This document shows positions 23,855 through 36,137 of a stretch of 64,000 nucleotides of DNA, piece after piece. The notes below the pieces were generated by a model that saw nothing but the letters and a program-made list of their open reading frames with translations, was not told the origin of the DNA and did no database searches. Position 1 is the first letter of the stretch. The number at the start of each line of letters is the position of its first letter. A program made the position numbers and the translations under genes. Source of the DNA: Malacoraja senta (taxonomy: Eukaryota); assembly GCA_038087875.1 (NCBI GenBank), contig CM075993.1, positions 2,048,001-2,112,000 on the forward strand, given 5' to 3'.

Positions 23855-24120
23855 TTTTAGGAAAGAGATGAGGAGGAATTTTCTTAGTCAGAGGGCGGTG
23901 AATCTGTGGGATTCTTTGCCACAGAAGGCTGTGGAGGCCAAGTCAGTGGATATTTTTAAGGCAGAGATAGATAGATTCTGGTTAGTATGGGTGTCTGGGG
24001 TTATGGGGAGAAGGCAGGAGAATGGGGTTAGGAGGGAGAGATAGATCAGCCGTGATGGAATGGCGGAGTAGAGTTGATGGGCCAAATGGCCTAATTCTGC
24101 TCCTATCATTTATGACCTTC
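23855..24120 (+). mobile_element. CR1 3' fragment
   Basis: Matches 4995-5255. Confidence 0.85.
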
Positions 24121-24883
24121 TGACCCACTGCGTTCCTCCAGCAGTTTGCTTTTTGCTGTGTGGGTGTTGTAAGATGCTTATGCCTGGATATGCCGCAATC
24201 TCTGCTTATCCCTCTATTCCTCAAGAAATCAAATGGCCTTGTCAGTTTGGCCTCTACATCGGAAGACAATCACTTAATTGTGTTGACTAACTCCTACAGG
24301 AGAGGCTCATTTGCAGAGTTTTGTTACACCAGCAATGAAAAAAGCCCTTGGCTACAATTTTGAAACTGTTTGCACGAATGATTTGTCAACCGTCGCGACT
24401 CCCGTCAGATCAATAAAGGGTTGTTTCAACAGAAGGTTGCCCTGGAATTTTAACATTGTACGGAGTCACAAGAGAGAATCTATTGATGCCCGTGCAGTCC
24501 TTGCCCTAATGAGAGGCAAGGTCGCCAAAGCCTCGAGAGAAAGGCTTGTGTGTCTATTCTCAGGACGACACAAAGGACTTAACTACAAACAACCTTAACA
24601 AGTGTCGTTGCAGTTGAAATATGACTGCTAATGTGCACAGACAAGGTTCAACAAATGTAATACTGATTAAAAGACAAATCTTGGCTACAACACCAGGGAT
24701 TAACAGAAGAAGAAAAAAAATGCTGTTGATAGAAACATCTGTGGAGGGAAGTGGAAGGTTGATGTTTAGGGTCAGGACCCTTCTTCAAACTCTGGTTTAT
24801 ATTTTGCTTGATGTTCCAGCATCTGTAGTCTCCTGTGACAACAGGGATAACTCTGCTGTTCTTTCAATTCATGGCATAGACTA

Positions 24884-25530
24884 GCACAGCGGTAGAGTTG
24901 CTGCCTTACAGACCCGGGTTCGATCCTGACTACGGGCGCTGTCCGTACGGAGTTTGCACGTTCTCCCCGTGACCGCGTGGCTTTTGTCCAGCTGCTCCGG
25001 TTTCCTCCCACATTCCACAGCCGCACAGGTTTGTAGGTTAATTGGCTTTGGTAAATTCTCCCTCTACTGTGTAGGATAGTGTGTGTAGGTCAGTCTGAAG
25101 AAGGGTCTCGACCCAAAATGTCGGCCATTCCTTCTCTCCAGAGATGCTGTCTGAGTTAGTCAAGTCAAGACAAGTCACATTTATTTATATAGCACATTTA
25201 AAAAACAACTCTCGTTGGCCAAAGTGCTTTACATTTGTTATAAGAATAGCATAAACAAAACAAACTACATACATATATACACGTGGCCCTCACTCAGAGG
25301 ACGTCAGGAAAGGCTTGGGAGTATAGATAAGTCTTTAGTCTTGACTTAAAAGAGTCGATGGAGGGGGAAGTTCTGATGGGAAAGGGGATGCTGTTTCAGA
25401 GTCTAGGGGCTGCAACCACAAAGTTGTGTCTATCTTCTGTAAGATAGTGCTTGTGTACGGGGTGATCGATGGTCGGCATGGACCCGTGGGCCAAAGGGCC
25501 TGTTTCCATGCTGTATCTCTAAAAGCTAAA
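24884..25530 (+). mobile_element. V-SINE split by a pLTR copy and an L2 fragment
   Basis: SINE head/core 24884-25085, tail about 25438-25530. Confidence 0.7.
25155..25423 (-). mobile_element. L2 LINE 3' fragment
   Basis: Minus strand FVVAAPRL..SIPFPIRTSPSIDSFKSRLKTYLYSQAF; tail GTGCTATATAAATAAA. Confidence 0.8.
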
Positions 25531-25769
25531 ATTAAAGCCACATCTATCTCCACCCAAAAGAGTAGATGACTCACATCTGGGCGCTCGTATTTTAATAGTA
25601 CTACATTCACTCAGCCATAATATTACTCAGTCATTTTCTGGAATTAATTGATAGTATTACAACTCAATTTTTTTTTCAGTATGATTCATCTTTCCGTTTC
25701 CATCACTCCCACTTCTCCATCCTCATCTGAAGCCATGGTGCTCCAATTATCCCTGACTGCAGGGATCGT

Positions 25770-26200
25770 AAAGATAGCGGAGTCAGGGGATATGGGGAGA
25801 AGGCAGGAACGGGGTACTGATTGGGGATGATCAGCCATGATCACATTGAATGGCGGTGCTGGCTCGAAGGGCCGAATGGCCTACTGCACCTATTGTCTAT
25901 TGTCTATTGTCTATTGACCATGCTTCTTCAGGAAGAAGATTCCAACCTTCAATATCCCTTTGTTTCAAAATTAGTTTCCTGATTTTTATTCCTTGATGGC
26001 TCAGACCCAACTTTAAGGCAGCATTATTTAAGAGGGAGTTAGATGTGGCCCTTGTGGCTAAGGGGATCAGGGGGTATGGAGAGAAGGCAGGTACGGGATA
26101 CTGAGTTGGATGATCAGCCATGATCATATTGAATGGCTCGAAGGGCTGAATGGCCTACTCCTGCACCTATTTTCTATGTTTCTATGTTTCTATGTTTCTA
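25770..26200 (+). mobile_element. Two CR1 3' tails (about 25770-25915 and 26025-26200)
   Basis: GATCAGCCATGATCA..TGAATGG core; TATTGTC and TTTCTATG terminal repeats. Confidence 0.8.
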
Positions 26201-26201
26201 T

Positions 26202-26602
26202 TACCCTGTTCTCACTTAGGCTATTTTTAGGCGACTGTCATAGTCGTAGCAGGACGCCGAAAAACCGGCTATAAAATTTGAAATAGAATCATTATTTAAA
26301 CAACAACAAAAAATCCGAAGTCAGCATCGGCGACAACCTACGTTAACCTGGCGACAACCTACGTTAACCTGGCGACAACCTACGAGAGCACCTACGTCAG
26401 GAGAAGTCAAGCTACGCTCATTGGCGTCAAGCCAACTGTTGCCGAAAAGTTTTGAACGTTTCAAAATCCAGCAGCGACCAGAAAAACGCTACGACTCTTT
26501 GGGCGACTGAGGAAGACTACTCACGACCGTACAGGCGACACCCCGGCAACCATGTGGTGACAGCCCAGTCGCCTAGAAAATCACCTAAGTGGGACAGGGG
26601 CA
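26202..26602. mobile_element. Harbinger-type MITE
   Basis: Degenerate left TIR TACCCTGTTCTCACTTAGG, right TIR CCTAAGTGGGACAGGGGCA; internal 21-bp duplication. Confidence 0.7.
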
Positions 26603-26604
26603 TA

Positions 26605-26850
26605 AAGTAAGACATTGGAGGAGATGGCCGATGGGGTGAGAGGTGAGGACCAGCGGAAGGCCTTCATTGTTCCATTTGGTGTGGGGGGGGGGGGTGGGGG
26701 GGGGGGGTGGAGGGAGGGAGGGAGAGTGAACTGCAGGACACTGAGGAGATGTTGGTGACAGATCTATCCACCACAACTGAGGAGAAACCTTGTTTACTGA
26801 AGGAACAGGACATCTCAGATGTTATAGAGAGGAAAATCTCACCTTGGGAG
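26605..26850 (-). mobile_element. Degenerate Penelope-like ORF fragment
   Basis: Minus-strand NEGLPLVLTSHP resembles the PLVLTFHP motif preceding Penelope GIY-YIG domains. Confidence 0.5.
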
Positions 26851-26924
26851 CAGATACGCTTGTTCTTCTTTGGTATTTCCATCAGGGAAAAAAAATCCTC
26901 TCTGTTGATCTTAAAGCATCTGAC

Positions 26925-27280
26925 AAGTTCATGTTCACAACTTATAGGAGCCACTTGGCCCATCAAGTCTACTCCGCCATTCAATCATGGCTGATCTATC
27001 TTTCCCTCTCAACCCCATTCTCCTGCCTTCTCCCCATAACCCCTGACACCTGCACTAATCAATAATCTGCCAATCCACGCCTTAAAAAATCCCCATTCAT
27101 TTGGCCTCCACAGCCGTCTGTGGCAATGAAATCCACAGATTCACCACCGTCTGACAAAAGAAATACCTCCTCATCTCCTTTCTGAAGGAACGTCCTTTAA
27201 TTCTGAGGCTGTGCCCTCTGGTCCTAGACTCTCCCACTGGTGGAAACATCCTCTCCACATCCACTCTATCCAGGCCTTCC
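26925..27280 (-). mobile_element. CR1 3' fragment
   Basis: Reverse complement of 4910-5255. Confidence 0.85.
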
Positions 27281-28076
27281 CAAACACCTCACCAGTCATC
27301 TCCCCATCGCCTATTCTCAGGGAGCTGTCAGTGCAATACTTACCCTGTAAATTGGAAACTTAACCTTGTGTTTCTTATCCTTTTTATGCATGCAAGTCCT
27401 AATACCTTAGCTCACTTATCCTTTCCAGTCTGCTGCATAGGCGCATAGAGAACTTAACGATACAACTTAACGGCAGATGTCCCAGTAAATCATTTTTGAA
27501 ACATTATGTAGGTTCCAGTGGAAAATACTGATAAGAATGAGTGAATGCACAGTTCAAAATGAAAGAATCTTACAGCAATAATGTTATCTTGGTTTACCGC
27601 ACTCGAGAAAAATACCTTTTGAAAGGACTCATGTCTCCTGCTCCAGATAGTTGATACAAATTAATCCTTTTATCTCTCTTGGTCAACTAGAGCATCAAAC
27701 CCTCTAAACTCATGCATTTTATATGTATATAAAGCTCAGATGGAACTTGTCAATGAAGAAATGAACACTGTAGGGTTGGATTCCACCTTGGAATATGTTC
27801 GACATGTTTCGCTCTTTTGAATTATTAAAAGATAACATTGAGTGTTTTGGAAGTTCTGCAGATGATTTGATTTTGATGCAATATGTTCCTTTGCCTGCGT
27901 TGTCATGGCAAACCGGTGTATGATGTTGGGTAGCTGACCGATGATCAGCCTGGCTAAAGGCCACGAGGGGATGATGAAAATAATATCCGATCTAAGATCA
28001 TACGCACAGGAAAGAATAACTTTCCAAATTTCTGGTGGGGCGGCACGGTGGGGCAGCGGTAGAGTTGCTGCCTTAC

Positions 28077-28539
28077 AGCCCCTGTCCCACTTAGGAGACC
28101 TAAACAGCAACCTCTGGTGACCTTGCCCGCCACCCAAATAAAAATCAAGGTCGAGGTGACCTGCAACCTCCTACCACCTCCCACGCATATGTTGAAAACC
28201 TTCCTCGACTATGAAGAAAACCGGCTTCGACTAGACCTGCGACTAAAAAATTATCGATTATTAAAATGGCAACCTATTTTTAGTCGAGGCTGGTTTTAAT
28301 CACGATGAAAAAATAGCAGCAACCGAGATGAAGCCTCGACCTCGCGGAAACCACTTTCGACCATTAGGGAGAGTGACCAAAACCTCCGGTGACCTCATGG
28401 AAACCTTGGGTGGCGGGCAAGGTCACCAGAGGTTGCTGTTTAGGTCTCCTAAGTGGGACAGGGGCTGTAAGGCAGCAACTCTACCGCTAAACAGCAACTC
28501 TACCGTTGCTGTTTAGTTCACCTAAGTGGGAGAAGGGCT
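28077..28539. mobile_element. Harbinger-type MITE inside a V-SINE head, with rearranged right end
   Basis: TIRs 28077.. and ..28466, then inverted copy of the left flank and a second degenerate TIR ending 28539. Confidence 0.8.
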
Positions 28540-28561
28540 TTACAGCACCAGAGACACGGGT

Positions 28562-28720
28562 TTCGTTTAGTTTAGAGATACAGCGCGGAAACAGGCCCTT
28601 CGGCCCACCAGGTCCGCGCCGACCAGCGATCCCAGCACACTAACACTATCCCAAACACACTAGGGACAATTTTTACATTTACCAAGCCAATTTACCTACA
28701 TACCTGTACATCTTTGGAGA
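28562..28720 (-). mobile_element. V-SINE 3' half
   Basis: Tail and part of core. Confidence 0.8.
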
Positions 28721-28724
28721 ATAC

Positions 28725-29153
28725 AAGACTAGGCTTGTATTCACTGGAGTTTAGAAGGATGAGGGGGGTCTTATAGAAACACATAAAATTATAAAAGGAC
28801 TGGACAAGATAGATGCAGGAAAAATGTTCCCAATGTTGGGCGAGTCCAGAACCAGGGGCCATAGTCTTAGAATAAAGGGGAGGCCATTTAAGACTGAGGT
28901 GAGAAAAAACGTTTTCACCCAGAGAGTTGTGAATTTGTGGAATTCCCTGCCACAGAGGGCAGTGGAGGCCAAGTCACTGGATGGATTTAAGAGAGAGTTA
29001 GATAGAGCTCTAGGGGCTAGTGGAGTCAAGGGATATGGGGAGAAGGCAGGCACGGGTTATTGATAGGGGACGATCAGCCATGATCACAATGAATGGCGGT
29101 GCTGGCTCGAAGGGCCGAATGGCCTCCTCCTGCACCTATTTTCTATGTTTCTA
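28725..29153 (+). mobile_element. CR1 3' fragment
   Basis: MFPMLGESRTRGHSLRIKGRPFKTEVRKNVFTQRVVNLWNSLP. Confidence 0.9.
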
Positions 29154-29540
29154 ACTAGACGTCAGGTGGTGAAGCATGAAGCCTAGCGCTAGATCAGCTT
29201 GATATCCTTCTGACAACTCGTGCTGTTAATGGATTATTTCGACGTGTCTAAGTGCATTCAGAGGAACATTTAGAAGCAATTAAAATGCATTAAAATAATT
29301 TATTTAAATTAAAAAATAATAACTGTATTTGAAATCTTCACGGTTAATTGAAACATTAATACTCACTCAAGAAAGTAAATGAACAAATCACTTGGCAACA
29401 TTTACCTTTGCCGTGTAAGTCATCGATTTAGTTTTAAATGAAGGAGACAATGTTGGATGTTATAAAGTCATAGGAGCAGAATTAGGCCATTCGGCCCATC
29501 TAGTCCACTCCGCCATTCAATCATGGATCTTCACATCTTA

Positions 29541-29911
29541 AGGGCCAGTCCCACGGGCATGCGACTCCATGCGGCAAGCGCGACCTAACCGCAAGCGGGG
29601 GCCGCGCGGAGGTCGCGGGGACGGTCCCACTTCGATCGCCGGAGCCGTATGGAGTTGTGCGGAGCTGGTCCCGACATCGCGCGGGGCTCCGAAAAACTGA
29701 CACCGTTCAAAAATTCCGCGCGGCAACGGCCTGCCGGCCCGCAGCCGCCTCGAGACCGTGCGCACCGTCTTGACGTCACTCGACCTCCGCTCGGCCCCCG
29801 CTTCCGGTTTGGTAGCGCTTGCCGCATGCAGCCGCATGCAGCCGCATGCTGGTGGGACCGGCCCTGTACGGGGATCACTCGACCTCCGCGCATGCCCGTG
29901 GGACAGGCCCT
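29541..29911. mobile_element. Harbinger-type MITE, GC-rich (371 bp)
   Basis: TIRs AGGGCCAGTCCCACGGGCATGCG / CGCATGCCCGTGGGACAGGCCCT; TSD TTA on both sides. Confidence 0.85.
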
Positions 29912-30884
29912 TTACACACTATCCAGTTCCATCGTAGGAACATTTATAATTCCTTTCATAAAATATACTGCAGTCCATAAACCCTCGAGTCCATAAACTT
30001 CACGGCTTGAGCCAGTTAGAAATGTAACTGGATATAAAGTGGTGTTCAGTCTATGAAGAATACTTCACTATTGTTTAAGGTCAGTCAGGTTTTCTAACAT
30101 AGTGCACTAATCAATCCATTCAGCATCTCTGTATAACACACTATCCAGTATAGAATGTATCATAAGGCTTGATTCATAGTGTCTCTAACATAATGTATAC
30201 AGTACCTCAGTGAATAATCTGTTTCTGTTCTGACCATCAAACGAACTTTTCCACCTCCGAAGGAATTCTTCTCATCAGAAGTCCTTCCACAACAGTAGGA
30301 CTGCGTGAGGTTCCCAGATTAGCCTCCACAGGTCACCCAAAACCAACAGTTCAAGTGAAAAACAGGACATAGACACAAGGAAGAGACTCAAAACTCAACG
30401 GGCCAGGCAGCTTCTCTGGAGAAAGGGAATAAGTTTTGGGTCGAGATCCTTCTTCGTCCCGAAGCAGGGCCTTGATCCAAAGAGTCTGAAGAAAGGTCTC
30501 GACCCAAAACATGAGTCTGAAGAAGGGCGTTTAGTGTAGATTGGGCATGTTGGTCGGTGTGGGTAAGTTGGGCTGAAGGGCCTGTTTCCACACAGTGTAA
30601 CTCTGACTCTAAGATTCCATTGTCTAGCACTAACCAAATACTTAACCACCCTCCCACCCCACCTCCTCCAAAGGTCTGGTGATCTCTAAGTGACAATGGG
30701 GCAGTGTCCCACCTAGAACCCCTCTCTGTGAATTCCACAGGTAAGTGATTTGGAAAATGACCACTTGGAATAAGATGACCACTCACAGATGCCAACTCTG
30801 CATCTCCCTCTCCCTCCTCCTCGAAAGACCATTGTCCAATTCATCTCATTAGCTCCTTATAACAGATATTGCTGGAATACTAAT

Positions 30885-31586
30885 CTCCGTGGATTGTCAC
30901 CTTGTCGTGGTGGAGAAGCTTGTGCGGACCTGAGATCCTGAGAGCGATGCCGTCTGGAGCCATGCTCCTGGTAGGGCCACCCATGGCGGTAAGGTCGAGG
31001 GGGAGGACTCTGACAAAGAGCAATCCAACCAAGACCTCAACGGTGGAACAGGCGGAGGACGATGGCTGACCTTAGTGGAGCGTCACAACGGCTGGGAAGG
31101 CAGATGAAGGCTGCAGCAGAAAAGGGTCTCCTGACTGAAACTCAAATTAAGGATTAGATGAAAAGTTATATTTTAAAATGTACGAATAAATCTCCAACGT
31201 TGTACTTTTAGTAATTCATTCCATTCTTCTTTATCAACCCTTTTTTACTTTTTCTGTTATTCTCTTATTTTCTACCTATATATATTTTTTTAAATACTAG
31301 CGGCTGAGCGAATATCAATCGATAATATTAGTAATGTGGGAATGATATACATGAAATGTTTTCAATATGATATGTACCTGCCTCTAATTTAAAAAAAAAG
31401 TTAAAAAAAAAAAAAGGGGTCTTCGGTCGTCTTGGACTCCATGCCACTGGATCCTGACCCAGATCTGTCAAGGACCATGGGGTGGCTGTCTGTGCACCAG
31501 TCTCCCCACGTTAAACAAAGTCACGCACAGGCGTCCTCCACCCTGGAGACACCCATGGGCAGCCACGACCGAAGGGGGGCCTAAGA
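30885..31586 (+). mobile_element. Bipartite RTE-derived element family A, copy 2, interrupted by a poly(A) insert
   Basis: 30885-31131 and 31416-31586 align to 14944-15370. Confidence 0.75.
31132..31415 (+). mobile_element. AT-rich poly(A)-tailed insert, probable L1-type 3' UTR
   Basis: A-rich tail at 31391-31415; imperfect TSD AAAAGGGTCT / AAAAGGGGTCT. Confidence 0.6.
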
Positions 31587-32509
31587 CTGTCTTTAAGCAT
31601 CCCATGTTGTTTTATTACTTTAACAGATTGCTGCAAATATACGATTGATGTTATACGTACAATTTCCTCAGGAGAGGAATAATGCCTTTGGGGAAATGTC
31701 CCCTTTCTGCGAGGGTAAAATGGATCTCATGTTATTCGTTCTGATGTGAAAGCTTTGAATTGACAGAACATGCAGTGTAATGTAGACAGCAAATGACAAG
31801 AGGGATTTCAATGGAGATTTCAAGGAGGAATCAGTTACATGACAGAAGATTGATGGTTCCATCTGTACTTTAGAAGAATGAATTTCAGATGCAGAGCATA
31901 ATACGCTGTTGTTGGCTTGAAGCGCCTAAACAACCCAGGTTCATTCCTAAGCAGTGGCCAGTGCATTGTTGGCTCCATAGCAGAAGTGTCCACAAGCGGG
32001 TCTGGAAACTGGAAGTATCCCGAGCTAATTCTGCTACCACCATCATCTATTGCAACAAGTGATGGCTCCCACTGATTGTCACCGGAAGCTTGCGTCCTTT
32101 GCAGGACGGACGATGACAGCGATGTCAACGTTTGTAACAAGATGGACGTGAAAAAGAAGAAGTGCATTGTTCTAGATGTGGTTGGTGGACAACACGGTGC
32201 CGTAGCTGGTAGAGTCCCTGCCTCACAGCGCTGGAGACCCAGGTTCGATCCTGACATCGGGTGCTGTCTGCGTGGAGTTTGCACGTTCTCCCTGTGACCG
32301 GGTGCTCCAGTTGCCTCCAACATCCCTAAGACTTTTGGTCTTTGCAGCTGGCGTAGGAATGAACTGCAGATGCTGGTTTAGACCAAAGGTAGACACAAAA
32401 AGCTGGAGTAACTCAGCGGATCAGGCAGCATCTCTGGAGAAAAGGAATGGGCGATGTTTGGTGGTTGGACCCGAGGACTCATTTCCACATTGTGTTACTC
32501 TATGACACT

Positions 32510-33250
32510 CTTTGCCACTCTCCCATATACCTATAAACCTGTCCTATCCATGTACCTGTCTATACCTGTTTCTTAAACGTTGCGATAGTCAATAGACAAT
32601 AGACAATAGACAATAGACAATAGACAATAGACAATAGACAATAGACAATAGACAATAGACAATAGGTGCAGGAGTAGGCCATTTGGCCCTTCAAGCCAGC
32701 ACCGCCATTCAATGTGATCATGGCTGATCATCCCCAATCAGTACCCCGTTCCTGCCTTCTCCCCATATCCCCTGACTCCGCTATCTTTAAGAGCCCTATC
32801 TAGCTCTCTCTTGAAAGCATCCAGAGAACCCGCCTCCACTGCCCTCTGAGGCAGAGAATTCCACAGACATACTCCCAATAGTCCCGGCCTCAACTACCTC
32901 CTCCGACAGCTCGTTCCAAACACCCACCACCCTTTGCGTGAAAAAGTTACCCCTCAGATACCTATAAAATCTTTCCCCCTTCTCCTTAAACCTATGCCCG
33001 ACTCCCCCACTCTGGGCAAGAGATTCTGTGCGTCTACCCGATCTATTCCTCTCGTGATTTTATACACCTCATTAAGATCCCCCCCCTCATCCTCCTGCGA
33101 TCCAGGGACTAGCGCGAGCCTGCTCGAACTCTCCCCAAATCTCGGACACTGGAGTCCAGTTACAAGCTTGTAAATCATCTCTGCACCTTTTCTAACTTGA
33201 CAACATCTTTCCCATAACATGGTGCTCAGAACTGAACACAATACTTTAAA
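32510..33250 (-). mobile_element. CR1 fragment with nested CR1 tail (32590-32868, about ten ATAGACA repeats)
   Basis: Minus ORF 32954-33241 contains GDLNEVYKITRGIDRVDAQNLLPRVGES. Confidence 0.8.
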
Positions 33251-33252
33251 TG

Positions 33253-33489
33253 TTTAAGAAGGAACTGCAGATGCTGGAAAATCGAAGGTAGACAAAAATG
33301 CTGGAGAAACTCAGCGGGTGAGGCAGCATCTATGGAGCGAAGGAAATAGGCAACGTTTCGGGACGAAACCCTTCCGGGTTTCTTCCCGAAACGTTGCCTA
33401 TTTCCTTCAGGGTTTCGGCCCGAAACGTTGCCTATTTCCTTCGCTCCATAGATGCTGCTGCACCCGCTGAGTTTCTCCAGCTCTACCTG
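33253..33489. mobile_element. pLTR-only fold-back element
   Basis: TSD CAATACTTTAAATG at 33239-33252 and 33490-33503. Confidence 0.85.
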
Positions 33490-34024
33490 CAATACTTTAA
33501 ATGCCTCCTCACCAATGTCTCATATATCTCTCGTTTCTCTTTCCCCTGACTCTCAGTCCGAAGAAGGGTCTCGACCCGAAACGTCACCTATTCCTTCTCT
33601 CCAGAGATGCTGCCTGTCCCGTTGTGTTGCTCCAGCTTTTTGTGTCTATCTTCACCTAACTGCAGCACGAGTTACTCCAACAATTTCCGCCTATCTTTGA
33701 GAAAACTGATCTTCTGTTCAATATTTAGAGCTGCTAAAAATAATGAGCTTGATTCCATTTTTATTACAATTACTCGGTTCGCAGGGTATGTTGGGAAGAA
33801 TGTGCAACTGGCCATGAATACAAGGCACTAACCCATCTGAGCAATTCAAATGGCATATTAAAGCTGGAAGGTTAGTTATGGTCATTGCCTGGAAGTTGGT
33901 TAAAACCATAAAACTATATATGAGAACCTGTTATAATTTACACAATATTCCGTTTTAGTTTTATGTTCTAGATGTTAGTTCATTTTTTTTGAAGTGTAGA
34001 TCCACACCTCTATTATATCCCATA

Positions 34025-35180
34025 GTTTAGTTTAAAGATACAGCATGGAAACAGGCCACTCAGCCCACCGAGTCCATGCCGACCGGCGATCTCTGCACTC
34101 TAACACTATCCTACACACACTAGGGACAATTGACACTTACACCAAGCCAGTTGACCTACAAACCCGCACGTCTTTATAATAATAATAATCATCATTTTAT
34201 TTACTGGCGCCTTTCTAAAACCCAAGGACACCTTACAATGCATAGAATCACAAAAAAATACAAAACACATAATCGGAATAAATTAAATATAAAAACACCA
34301 CAGTACACAAATCAAGGACAGAATTCAATTTCAAGAGCACCAAAAGAAAATAAGAAACACAATTTGAGGAGAGAGCAGCGGCGACCAATTCGCGCCAGCG
34401 TCCACTCTCCCCTCCGACCGCCATCTTGTACACGGACTGACAGGCACAGGCACAGCACACAAAATCATCCCCCCACAATGACCACCACTGTGGGGGAAGG
34501 CACAATGTCCAGTCCCCAACCCAGTTCTCCCCAGAGTCAGGCCCATCGAGGCCTCCACGGTTGCCTCTACGGAGGCCCGATGTTTCTGGCCGTCGGGACA
34601 GTCCTCGCAGCGGCTGGAACGGACGGTTTCCCAGCGGAGTCGATGGCACCTGAAGCCGACAGGGCCGCGCCGATTTGGAGCCACGAGGCTCCCGATGTTG
34701 GAGTCGGCGCCGCCGCCCGTGGCTGGTCGCTCCGCAGTCCCGCAGCCCGGAGGTGTTGAGCTCGGCGGTCCAGCTCACCGGAGCTCCAGCGCGTCGATCC
34801 AGCGCGGCGACCCAGGCAAGGCATCGCCCGCTCCGTTCCGCGATAGCGCTCCAGCGCTGTGCCGCCACCGAAGCTGAAGGTGCTGGGCGGTCCCCGTCAG
34901 GAAACGGCGCTCCATGCCCGCTGGTAGGCCACGAGGATGGGTCGACGAGGCAGCCTGGAGAAAAAGCTGCCTCACCGACCAGGTAGGGACCTAGAAATAG
35001 TTTCCTCCTTACCCCCTTACTTTGGAGTGTGGGAGGAAGGAAGATCCTGGAGAAAACCCACGCGGTCACTGGGGAGGATGTACAAACTCCGTAAAGCCAG
35101 CACCCGTAGTCGGGATCGAACCCGGGTCTCTGGCGCTGTAAGTGCTGCAAGGCAATGATTCTACCGCTGCGCCACCGCTG
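34025..35180 (-). mobile_element. V-SINE split by an 850-bp insert
   Basis: Tail half 34025-34175 ends CACGTCTTT; resumes TTTGGAGTGTGGGAGG at about 35021. Confidence 0.8.
34176..35019 (-). mobile_element. Non-coding GC-rich retroposon with L2-like tail
   Basis: Minus 3' end AAGGTGTCCTTGGGTTTTAGAAAGGCGCCAGTAAATAAAA plus ATT repeats; GC-rich body. Confidence 0.6.
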
Positions 35181-35246
35181 CAAATTTAAGGATGGTGTGA
35201 TGGGCAGAAATACAATCTCACAAAGTTCACCCATTGTGTATGCCTC

Positions 35247-35655
35247 TGTGTAGGAAGGAACTGCAGATGCTGGCTTACAGCGAAGATAGACACAAAATGC
35301 TGGAGTAACTCAGCGGGACAGGCAGCATCTCTGGAGAGAAGGAATGGGTGACGTTTCGGGTCGAGACCCTTTTGCAGACTGAGAGTCAGGGGGTGGGAAA
35401 CGAGAGCTATGCAAGGGTAAGGTGTGAAAATGAGAGAACAAAGGGGATGAAGATCAAGGAAGATGTAGACTGGATCAATGTTAGCTCGGGGAAGGTGACA
35501 ACGAGGCATGCAATGTAAAATTTCATCAAGAGGACAGTCAGACTGGTCGGAGAACCAGGATAGGGGAGGGATGGGGAGAGAGAGAGAAAGCAGGGGTTAC
35601 TTGAAGTTAGAGGTCAATATTCATGCCACTGGGGTGTAAGCTGACCAAGCGAAAT
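35247..35655 (-). mobile_element. Penelope-like 3' end (GIY-YIG end, UTR, pLTR)
   Basis: Reverse complement of the 57583-58420 and 60150-60428 sequence. Confidence 0.8.
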
Positions 35656-35825
35656 GCCTCATGCATCTGTATTTTTTCCAGCTGCACAAATTCCTTCCTT
35701 CATTGCGTCCAGGGTTATGTTTAGAGATGGAAACAGGCCCTCCAGCCCAACTCATCCACGCTGTCCAAGTTGCCGAACGAAGCTAGTTCCAGTTGCCTGC
35801 ACCTGACCCATATCCTGCTCCCAGC

Positions 35826-36030
35826 AGAGTGAGATGTCCGTGAGGGACAGTTGCCGACTGGCCCGCTCCAGACTGCAGGAGTAAGTGCTGGGAGACGCAC
35901 TGAAGCTAGATACAGCCAACGCCAAGGCTCTGTGGGGGAGGACCACAGTCTAGGATCCTTCCCACTGCAGGACATTGAGGGCCTGAGTCCACTGGGCCCT
36001 CCCCCACAAACATGGGAAAGGGTAGCCTTC
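35826..36030 (+). mobile_element. Tx1-clade LINE ORF2 C-terminal fragment
   Basis: SEMSVRDSCRLARSRLQE*VLGDALKLDTANAKALWGRTTV*, resembling Tx1 ORF2 ends; one internal stop. Confidence 0.6.
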
Positions 36031-36137
36031 AGGTGTTAGGGCCATACAGTGGTGCAGCGGTAGAGTTGCTGCCTTACAGCGCCAGAGAACAGAGTTCGAT
36101 CCTGATTACGGGTGCTGTCTGATTGGAGTTTGTATGT

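Noticed and set aside
34130..35234. 328-aa and 209-aa ORFs
   Set aside because: Span SINE and GC-rich repeat boundaries; stop-poor because of GC content; no domain.
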